From the NCBI GenBank assembly GCA_023213395.1, contig CM041465.1, forward strand, positions 136,035,741 to 136,099,740: DNA of 64,000 nt. The letters are read 5' to 3'. A model generated the notes under the pieces. That model ran no database searches and was not told where the DNA came from. It saw nothing but the letters and a program-made list of their open reading frames with translations. Positions 39,400 to 50,433 of this stretch are shown piece after piece; position 1 is the stretch's first letter, and the number at the start of each line of letters is the position of its first letter. Both the position numbers and the translations under genes were made by a program. The DNA is from Cycas panzhihuaensis (taxonomy: Eukaryota > Plantae > Cycadophyta).

Positions 39400-42300
39400 A
39401 CAAGGGGCTCAATGAAGTATCTATATTTGACATAATAAAATATATATTTTTAAGATGCTAAAAAATAATTATAACCACAATAATTTTACCAACCTAAGAA
39501 AAAAGTTCTATTACTCCTAATATTCAAGGGACTCTATGATGAGATTGGTGATATTAACATTACTAGTTAGCTTGATAATTGCATAAATAACAAAATTATT
39601 TAAGAAGAAAGAAGTCAAGCAGCCTTAAGAAGAAATCACTAATATCAAAAGAAAATGATAGATAACATAAAGAAGACTATTAAAGATGAATATGTATACC
39701 AAGTTATGAATAAATATGATAAGGCACCCCATTTTGAACCATTTAATCTCAATATCAATGATGATCCTAAGAATACCTCCAAAGGTAAAAGATGGAAAAA
39801 TAATCACCTAAGCATATGACTTCTTAAAGGAATTCCAAGATGTTTTTCCTTGGATGTACAAAGACTTAAAAGAAATTATTGGGCATATAGGATTGATAAG
39901 AATTGATCTTGAAGATGAAGCCAAACTAATATAGGAGCATTACCCACTTCCTTTATAATTCATTAAGAAGAAGCATGAAGCTCTAAAGCTTCAACTTTAG
40001 AGTTTATAAGGTTGTAAGAGAAGAATAAAATTTTACATTATTGGGCATGATAAAAGGTTTAGAGATTTATATGGTTGGATATAATTCTTTAAGAGCTTTT
40101 TAATAAGCCTAAAATCACTAAATATAGGCAAGTGGTTCAAAAGTTATCAATAATTGATGTTGGTGCTTGCAAAGGCAATTTAAAGTGATTTATCCCACAT
40201 GCACAAGAAAAAGGAAATTTGAACAATGTGTATATATAATTGGGTTTATAATTTATTGAACCACATACCTTATTTTGGTCCACATGGTAATATTAGGGAT
40301 GTGCAAGGTCAAATCAAAAATAAACACTATGTGATTCTATAATAATATCACAAAGGAGAAATTTATAAGATGACAGAGAAAATATTTAACTTGCACAGAA
40401 GTGAATTAAACCCTATAACTTTGCACTTTGCAAGAATGCAAAATACTAAACTGACAAGGTAGCAAATATCATAAAACTTATGAGGTTTCAAAGAATGAAG
40501 ATTTTGTAAGGTCTTGAGAAACTGAACTATGAAGACTCTATTAGAGTGGTAGTTAAAGTTAACCACTTATGGTTAATGCTAGGGTGAATTAATTAATATT
40601 AAGCTAAAATACATAAATATAAAGAGTTATAACTATTAGGTTAATACATTATTTGGGGTATTTTATAAACCCCTAGGTGGCATTTATAATATGTATCAAT
40701 CAAGATTGGAATAATCTAATCAATTATTATTATTGTGTGGGTTTTCTCCTAAAAGGATTCTTCCATGGAAACCTATATGATGCGTATTATACTCTTTCAT
40801 ATGTATTTTCATATGTATGATCAAGATCCTATTTATTCACAAATATATAGTTTATGTTTCATGTTTCTTCACATGGTATTAGAGTTGAATGAATATACAT
40901 AGTTGAGGTTACAATTAGGTATAGGTAATAAAATCAGAGGCTACCTAATAATATTAGTGAGAGCCTTATTTGTGGTAATTTTAATCTTCTTTGACAACTA
41001 AGAGAACATCACAATACTATAATGGTTATTGAAGAGGTGAAATTCACATGTTAATAAAATTTTTACCTCTATTTCTAACCACATATCAATGTTGGGCACT
41101 ATTCAAACTTTATTAGGCTCGTGTTGAATTATTCTAAGGTTGGTTGGGTGTGTTAGACACTCCATTTACCTATTAGGCTATATTTGAAGGTGATTTGATA
41201 ATGGTGAACTATATTAGGCTCATTTTAAGAGTGTTGGGCTATATTTAAAGACCATTTGGATGTATTGGGCATCATTTTTTCAAGTTAATTGGCAACATCC
41301 ATGGGAATGATTGGGTTTATTAGAGGATATTTTAGCTCACATAGAGAGGTGTGGTGATGCAAATTATTGTTTAAAAGTGAATAATGCTTGTTTAGTGAAC
41401 AAATGGTGATTTATAAGATTTTTTATCTAATTTTTAGTTTTGGATAGCCATTTAGGAGCCATATAACTCATTCTCATCATGTTGGTTTATATTTCTCTGT
41501 TAGATAGTCATAGATGGGTATGTAGGGTCATGCATATCAGATTGGAGTATTTGAGTATGTTGTGCAACTAAACATGGCCATTTTTTCATTATTAGGCATT
41601 TTGCAATCCATGTGCATTAATTGACAAAATGTATCAGCTATGCATAGAGCACCATGATGCATCAAGGAAGTGTTGGCAATATTTCGAATAGATTATTTAC
41701 TTCCAAGATTACAAATCTTAGGCATAATCTCATTTAATTTATCCCATATTTTTCACATGTTTTTAAGTCATGATTATGACTTAAAAATTTTCCCATGTAT
41801 ATTTTGAGGAGTTGTACTTTAGAGGAATGTTCTAATTTCTTACATTTAAACTTAACCATTTAAAGTTTTAAAAAGAGATAAAGCCATTACATGTTAGGAG
41901 AAAATTATTGGATTGTTAAGTGATTTAATTACTAGTTAGAAGCATGGATTTGGAGCATTGAAGGGTGGAGATTATTCCATGTCTAATGGAATCCATACTA
42001 AGTGATTTTAATGCCTTTTTTTACTTAATATATTAAGCTTTTGGAAGTCATGTTTATTACATGTAATACTATAAAGAACACTCTGATGTTATTAAAAATT
42101 TATGATGAGACCATATGCAAATTAGTTATGTTAAAGCCTTACTCTAACATGGAGACATCATATGGAGATCCTGCTTGATGTGAGCTTGTTTTAGAGAGCT
42201 TTTTAGCACAAGAATATGTATTACATGGAGTATGGTGTGTGTGTTGTTGGCTATTACAAGTGGTATGTTTCTTACTATATGTGATGGATTACATGTGTAT

Positions 42301-45300
42301 TAGATCAAGTGATATATTATACTTATCTAAAAGTATGTGGACAAGTTAATTAATGTGTGAATTCTATTTAAAAAACTATGATATATATGAGAGGAAGTGT
42401 TATATATTTAGAGAGTGTGAAACTATATGTCAAGAATAGGGAGCACATTTATGAAGTGTAAGGTTATGTATATAGTATATAAAGCCCTATATGAAGTGTA
42501 GAGGTCATATATGAAGTATAAAATTCATGTTCAAAGTATTGGAGCACTACTCTAGACTATTTACATTGGTGCAAGCCTTCAAAATATAATCAAAACTTAT
42601 ATTTCAATCCATCATGAATCCATTCAAGGTTTAGATTATGTGATATATAAAAGAAGCCATTATTAGGTAGCCTTTATGAATTTCAAGTGTTAAGCCCATC
42701 TATGGGTACAAAGGTTTTTGCAGAGATGTAACATTGAGAAAATCCATAAAAGAAGTGAATTTAGGATGTCTTCTAGAACTAAGCATATTAATCATTAAAA
42801 GGAGAGATTTGAAGGAAGATTAAACAGCCAAAGTTTACAATTATAGCTTGATGAAGTTATCGTTAATTATGGATTAGATAGTACTCATTCATAACCTAAA
42901 TATGATACATCAGATGGTTGTATCATGATGTATGTTATCTCTTATTAGTACTATTTCCTTTAAAGTCATATGTGAAGACCAAAGTAAAGATGGATTAAGT
43001 GATGATAGTAATAAAGGACATGCCAAATTCACGTCAGTTTGGAAATTTAGCAAAATTATCCTTGAGGAGGGATGTGTCAGATGTAGGCAAGATGATAAAG
43101 GCAATTCCATCCTTTCTTAGAGATTTCAAATTGTAAACTAAATGCCCATTTTCACATTAAATGGGGATGTTAAGAGTGGTAGTTAAAGTTAACCACTTTT
43201 GGTTAATATTAAATGTGGATTAATTAATATTAAGCTAAAAGACATGAATACCAAGAGTTATAACCATTTGATTAATGCATTGTTTGGGGTATTATGTAAA
43301 CCCCTAGGTGGCATTTGTAATATATATAAATTAAGATTAAAAGAAATATAGTTAACTATCATTTCTCTACATGTTTTTTCCTAAAGGGTTTTTCCCACAT
43401 AAACTTATGTACTATATGCTGTGCTCTTTATATCCACTTGCATATGTCTAATTAAGATCTTGGTTATTTAAAAATGCATGATTTATATTTCATGTTTCTT
43501 CATAGTCTCCATTAATTCACAAGAAATCAAAAACTCCTTAATCTAAGAAATTTGTTAAGTTGCAAAAATGTCACAAAAACTCTAAAGTCTATGAATGGTT
43601 AAAGATTCAAAAATCTATGGAGAGAGTAGACTCTAAAAGTTATAAAGAGGTAAGACTCTCACTTCACAAAAATGTGAAGATTCTAGAAGATGCATAATTT
43701 ACAAAAAGAAGAATTCACAATTTATGAGGATCTAAAGATATCATATAGTATGCAGAAGTAAAGGTAAAACTTTCTAGAAGATTGTAGCACACATGATAGG
43801 AATACATTGAGCTTTATAATCATCTTTTGAATTTAAAATAATGCACAAATCTTAATGGATTTAAAATTAGATCTAGGTGGATTATAAATATATCCACATA
43901 AATAATTTTTTTTTTTTAATCTAACCTTTTGGATTTAATAGGAATTTATTACAGTTTATCCACTCTTGACAGATACCAATTTAGCAAATGTGTCTCATAA
44001 AGGTGAGATCTTCACAGTATAGCACAATATTAAAGAGAAAGCAACTCATGAAGAGGAAGGATCATCCCATGAAAGGAATCATTATTTAAGAATTTTAAAT
44101 GAAATATTTATATTTTATTTCTATATAGTTACAAAATATTTGAGAAGAAAAATTATGTATTTCATATATTCTTTTTAAATTACCTTTAAATGAAGAGTTT
44201 GTTTAGCTAATCGTGTATTTCTCTCTTAAATATATATGTGAATGTTTATAATTTTTCTTCTTTTTTTTTTTTTTTTTGTGAAGGAGAAATTTCCCCACAA
44301 AGAAAAAGAAGTAAAAGATCTTATTAGCAAGTTATATTCAAAGGAACCTTAGGTTGTTTATGTTAAGAGGCATATATCAAAAATTAGTTGGGCATAATCC
44401 TCACTCATTAAATCCTAGGTAGAGGAAAAAGATCTAATAAGAAGTTAAAAAATCAATTATTATGGCTTGCATCTATCCAATTAAGAATGGTAAATAGGTA
44501 AATCCCATAGTCATTTCCAAGAGGGCGAGCTTCTATGTTGATTTCAAAGCTTTAAATAAAGTAATAAAGAACTATTCATTTCCAACACCATTTATAGAGT
44601 AGGTCTTAAAAAATGATATAAGATAAGAAAATTACTCATTCATAGATGGCCTTTTGGGATATAACCAAGTAAAATTTATAAAAGGAAACTAACATAAGAT
44701 GGAATTTATCATAAAATAGGGATAATATTCTTATAAGTGTATTCCATTTAGCCTTTATAATACTCTAATAACATTTTCTAGAATAATAACGATAATATTC
44801 AAGGAGTTAATTTATAAATCCCTTAAAGTTTATTTAATGATTGGACTTTATTTGGTTTGTTGAAAGTTCATATTACAAACCTAAGACTTATGCTTTAGAA
44901 GTGTCATGATTTTGGAATTTCTCCCACTCTAGACAAGTGTTAATTCCTAGTTCTTTTTTGAATGTTATTGGGCCATGTTATTTACTAAGAAGGATTACTT
45001 ATTGATCTAGGGAAAATCCAAGTCATATTAGACTTGGAGGTACCAACAAATCCCATCATGGTAAAATAATTCCTCAAATATATAGGCTATTAAAAAAATA
45101 TATATTTGAAGATATATTAAAATTATTATCCCATTAGAGAACTTTTTATCAAAAGAATATTAACAGACATTCGAGACATTAAGGAAGACGTTGATTAATA
45201 CACTAATTTGGAAGTTCCCTAATTGGACAAAGATTTTTCATACATATGTTGATGCTTTGGGTATGGTGATAGGAGTAGTTTTTATACAAATACGAAAGAA

Positions 45301-45920
45301 GTTAATTGACCATCTAATAGAATTTTCTAGTGGAAGACTCACATAAGCTAAGAAAAACTATATGATGTTTGAATATAAAGGTTTTATGATGATTGACTCC
45401 TTACAAAAGTTTATATATCATCTTTTAGCAAACATGTTTTATTTGTATATAGATCATCAAACACATGTACATTTAATTAATAAGCTTATCTTGTAAGGGA
45501 TAATCAAGTGGTGGATGTTGTCATTTTAAGAATTTAATTATAAATCTTCCTTGAACTTGGAAAAGTGCATATCACCCCTAATTATATATCTAGGATCAAT
45601 ATAGATAAAGAACTACTTGTGGTCAATGACATTTTTCCTAATACTAAGTTATAGAAGGTTGAATCAATCCCTAAAGATTTTCAAGAAATTACTAAATTTC
45701 TCCAAATAAAACTAGTGCTATCTAATTAGTCTATAAAAGATAAAAAGGCCTTAACCTTAAAACACAATCATTATAAGTTGATTCTAAGATAAATATATCA
45801 GCTTGATCTGGATATGATTCTAAGGAGATATACTTTTAAACATGAACGAATGATGATAATACTAGAATCCCATGAAGGGATTATAAAAAGTCATTTAATA
45901 AGCAAGACTCTTGTTAGAAA
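39400..45920 (+). mobile_element. Very decayed non-chromovirus Gypsy element G, interrupted by later insertions
   Basis: FLKEFQDVFPWMYKDLKEI (~39821-39880). RT resumes near 44450 (VNPIVI, VDFKALNK, SFIDGLLGYNQV), RNase H ~45240-45540, integrase start ~45830-45920. Confidence 0.75.
40539..43504 (+). mobile_element. Non-autonomous LTR element H (Met-PBS, Copia-like, ~3 kb)
   Basis: LTRs 40539-40873 and 43168-43504, PBS TGGTATTAGAG 40874-40884, PPT AAATGGGGA, TSD GACTC/GTCTC (4/5). No recognisable intact ORF inside. Confidence 0.88.
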
Positions 45921-46241
45921 TAATCTTGAATTTATCTAGAATCATTTTGCTTACTTCTTATAGTCTTATACAAGAGCTTTTAGATGTCAATTATGCCATT
46001 TAAAACTTCCTTGAAGAAATGTATTTGAGAGGAGTCATTCTCAACTAGGATTAAATTTTGTTAAACCAAATTCAAGAGATAAACCTCAAGGCACATCTAA
46101 CAACATAATTCATTTGGCAAGTTGGCTCAATCAATTTTAAATCAAAACTTCATAATCAAATGAGCTCTATCCAAAGTAGTCTTTGGATAAGTGACCTCCT
46201 AGGAAAATATTTTTTGGTCTTATTCTTATCTAATTTCTTAA

Positions 46242-46384
46242 TAACATCCACCAAAGTCATCACAACATCCAAATGAATTACCAAAACATCCAACAAAGTG
46301 ATTATAACATCCACTTAAGTCATAACAAAATCTATCAAAATCACTATGACATCTACTAAAGCCATTACAACATCCACCAACATG
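46242..46384. repeat. Degenerate 21-bp tandem repeat (~7 copies)
   Basis: Consensus approximately YAACATCCACCAAAGTCATYA with an exact 21-bp period. Confidence 0.85.
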
Positions 46385-47879
46385 AATAATGAAATATTTA
46401 TCTATTTCCGTTATGAATATATATGGTGATTATCCAACTTATAAACACGTATGATAATCAATAATTATAGAACTTGTAAAAAAGTATCTTGATTGTGAAA
46501 CTTGTGTAATATGTAAATTCTTCACCATATATAATAGTCAACTTGTACGATGATCATCCAAAAGTTCTAGACAATAACCAAAAGTGTCATTAATGTTTTG
46601 TACTAGAAATTATATTTCATATATTAGAAGATATTGCATAAACTTATTACAAAGAAACATTTGTTAAATTATAAAATATTATCGACATGAAACATCGTAC
46701 ATTATTACATATCAATTATTTATTTATAAAATACATCTGTCATATAATATTATTTTCTATAATTTATTTACATTTAAGTCACATTCAAACAAGACAGTGC
46801 ATGTGCATTCCTTACTTATACATCAATTTTAGAATCATCAACACTTAGTTCTACTCCTGTTAAAAATGGAAATTGCATTGTGTCATACTAACCATAACAA
46901 AAGACATCATGTAATACACTCCTAAGGTAAGAATCAATGACACTTAGTGGCTCATAGAAAACATGTAAGAAATATTATCTTATAATTGCAATGACATGAC
47001 ATGAGTTCTTGAATAATACATTTTGCCAATGTGGTCCCCTCCAAATCATTGTTTTTCCCATAGGACCATATCAAGGAGGGAAACTAAATAGCATTATTAA
47101 GATATAATTTTTATTTTCCTTTCCACTTCAATCTCGGCTATGGGTAAACATAGACTTGAGAGTCCATGATGAATACTATGCTATGTCCAAAAAACACATC
47201 TCACTAAAAAATTAAAGAGACAAGACATAAACATCCAAAAGTCCCATCTAACTACTAGTGAACAATCCAAAAAGAATGAATGAACCACATAATAGTCAAA
47301 CCCTTATATATATCCACATCCAATTTATGTAGTACTTGCATCAAGTACTTGACTTCATTAAGAGGAGGTTGTTATGACTTCCACCCCAAGCTTCTTGGTA
47401 GAAATGCATATGGCATAATCTTATATTATCCATGCAACATTAGGTTACTAATTTGACACACTTATATATTCATAATTGACCCAAGCAAATTGCTTCTATT
47501 TGGATAAGAATGTAAGTGCTTTTTCCATCCACTTTCATTAGTGTTTGATGGGTATTTAATGTCTCATTACTTGTCATTATAATAACATACCGCCTTGCAA
47601 CAATTACACCTTTATCTTGATAGCTAAAATACCTACATCAAAGGAGATCGAGAAATATAATCCTAAATCCTTAGGAAGTTGCTTCACATACATGTACATC
47701 ATTACGTTTATATCAAAGATACCAAATATTTGACTCTTACGATTCATAAACTTAAACCCCACATCAATTGCGCATACACGTATTATTATGCTAATAAGCA
47801 CCTTCAACTAGCTTTGCCTATAACTATTCACTCCATGCCATGTGACAAGAGTAATTTGAAAATAAATAATACATAAATA

Positions 47880-48285
47880 ATAAATATTCTTTATGAATAT
47901 CTCTATAAAATCTATATGTCTCCCCTATGATAAGGTAACACAAACTGTGTATTAAATGTAAAATTATTCTCCTCCATGAAATCCATGCATCTTCACTTCT
48001 TGTACTGTAACACGAACTATATATTAAATGTAAAACTATTCTCCTCCATGGAATCCATGTGTCTCCCCATCTGCTAAGGTAACACTGACTACATATTAAA
48101 TGCAAACGATTGAATGATGCATCTCTCAACTAAACAGGCATGCCCTTGTGGTCAGGTAAAACAAACATGCCCTTGTGTATGACTGTGTATAAAATGCAAA
48201 TGGTTGAATGATACATCTCTCAACCAAACAAACATGCCCATGTGGTAAGGTAACATAGAATGTATATCAAATACAAATGATTAAC
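47880..48285. repeat. Degenerate ~72-94-bp tandem repeat (~5 copies)
   Basis: TAAGGTAACA...TATTAAATGYAAA anchors at 47931, 48003, 48075, 48152 and 48246. Confidence 0.85.
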
Positions 48286-48959
48286 TTTGAAATGCCTCTA
48301 GTGTCTCAAGCCAAAGGGAGAACAACAATGTGATTTTGTACCTATTCTCTAGTGATTCCTGCATATTTTCCATACTATGGTTGCTCTTGATAACACATTG
48401 GAACCCATTGCAAGCCTATAGTTGTATATTGGCATTCATAGACTGCACAGTCTACACTAGTTGTATTTACATAGTTAAGTAGCACATTGTCATATGGTAT
48501 ATAATACCAATACCTCTAATTTGGAAGTATAATTTGGATAGCTAGTCTCTGTAAGTTTTAGCTCTCATTCTAGATGGAAATTAAGAAAACACCTAAATAG
48601 CAAAAAAAAATTCTATGAAAGCCTCCCTTATCTTCATAAGTATATATTTCTATCATCCCTTCAATGGCTAAGAGAGCAATTTATGACAAGTGCATGGTTT
48701 CCTAGAAAAGAGGATTTAGGACTCAATTTACATTTACAATCGTGACTTATGAATGGAACCCATTTGCCCAAAAAACATGTAAGAGAAAAAAACATTACCA
48801 CCCTTTGATTCATCAACATTTGCCCACTTAGAAAAAAGACAAAGACCACATGCACTATGCTACTTTAATTTGTTATACATTCCCGTCCTTGCCAAGATCA
48901 AAGAGTGTGTTTAAGTTCTTAAAAGAACGAGAATCAATAATTAAATTGCAACTGCAAAT

Positions 48960-50056
48960 AAGTAGCATAACATTTTTAAGTAAGTCTCCCGGCCTCCAAA
49001 CATACTTATCGTGGACCTGCAGACAAACTAAGCAGCACTTCGTACCACCCCACGTCCCAAACCAAAATTAAAAATAACATTTTCCATTTATATATATATA
49101 TTTATTGTCGATATTGAACCAATGCTTCCATATATTCGTCCTCCTAATTTTTCCACCCGATTTGACTCGTCACGACGATCCACATGATCCCACTACCCTA
49201 TGCGCTCCCCGTCTCTGGGAAAAAAAAAAGTATTTTATTCTCTTTCCGTGGAAAGCTTTACCAGTGCAATAGATTGCATTTCAATTTTAGCATCCGCACA
49301 GATACGGAGGTACACTTGAGTTTCGTCATGGCGGTTCCAACGTCCACATTCGCATTAAATGGCCCTTCTCCCTGTCAGAGCAGCATCCATTTTCCCTCAT
49401 TTCAATGAACAACGGTACACGCTGTCCCCCCACAGCCGGAGAATCACGGTGTACATCTTCTACGACGAAACGGAAACTTACGTTCTAACAGCGGGTCGTA
49501 CATTCAGTAACTTTAAATCCCACTATGTGGGGGAGGCTGCCGGATCCACGTCAGCCAACAGCCTTATTCACCACATCCACACCCACACGATCGGGGGGTG
49601 GGTGCGCTGTCGATCCAGAGCAGGACCGGCCCCCCCCCCCTGAAGGTATTGTGACTTTATGTATCAAAGTGTGGGGTAAAGGTGCCCTATTTAATGCATC
49701 TCGGGTACAATTCAAACGGTCATATGCGTATCAACCAGTCAAACTCCAAAACAATGCTAACGAATAATTCGACAGAAACCCAGGTCCATGGCAGGGTCGA
49801 TCGCCAGTGCAGTTGCAGACTGACGCCACTGTGCTCGTTATAATTTGAGGCGAGCACTTATTTATTGGAAAGCGGACGGCGTACCTTCTGAGATAACTAA
49901 ACCACAATTCCAACATAACTAACCCCAGGTCGCAGATGACCTCCAGAGCGAGTATTGTATTATATTATATGTATGCTGTGCTTTCTGCTCTATTCCTGCA
50001 CACGGGAAGTTCTTTCCTTTCGTTCTCTGCCTCGTCGCGAGTATCCGATACAGAGA
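48960..50056 (+). promoter_or_regulatory. CpG-rich putative promoter and 5' UTR of the R3-MYB gene
   Basis: CpG is retained, unlike in the flanking TEs. CCACGTCA at 49546-49553, TAACTAAAC/TAACTAAAC-like AC motifs ~49894-49925, TATA-like tracts ~49840 and ~49960. Confidence 0.55.
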
Positions 50057-50433
50057 ATGACCACCATGAACAGAGCCGAACAGAAGTCTGCAACAGAAGA
50101 GGGAAAGGGGGGCGGATTGGGGCGTAACGATGGAGGTGGAAACAGCAGTGTGGCCCCGGATAGCAGCATCACTGCTGACGAAGAAGAGCTCATCGTTAGA
50201 CTCCACAGGCTCCTGGGCAACAGGTAACGCGGCCTTAATTCTCTGATCCCTGCAATTTGCCTTAATTTCCTTGGCTCTCCCAAACCTAAGCCTTGCAAAT
50301 TGTTATTGGTTCCCTAAGCGTGAGGTCACATGGCAGGTGGGCTTTGATTGCCGGGCGGCTTCCGTGGCGGACGTCGGAGGAGATCGAGAAATACTGGAAA
50401 ATGAGAAGGCAGGAGTACAAGACCGGCAATTGA
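50057..50433 (+). CDS. Single-repeat R3-MYB repressor, CPC/TRY/ETC-like, 87 aa; exons 50057-50223 and 50337-50433
   Basis: The spliced ORF (GT-AG intron 50224-50336, splitting the Arg codon of GNR|W as is typical for MYBs) gives [87 protein letters not shown]. It has an intact [DE]Lx2[RK]x3Lx6Lx3R bHLH-binding motif, a WxM motif, and no activation domain. Confidence 0.93.

Noticed and set aside
49184-49916. Upstream ORFs as a possible R2 exon or separate genes
   Set aside because: No MYB R2 motifs (W..EED, CGKSCRLRW). The ORFs are explained by locally higher GC.
49955-50227. 90-aa single-exon ORF from the track as the gene model
   Set aside because: It uses a non-ATG upstream start and stops at the intron donor. 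The spliced model 50057-50433 completes the MYB repeat.
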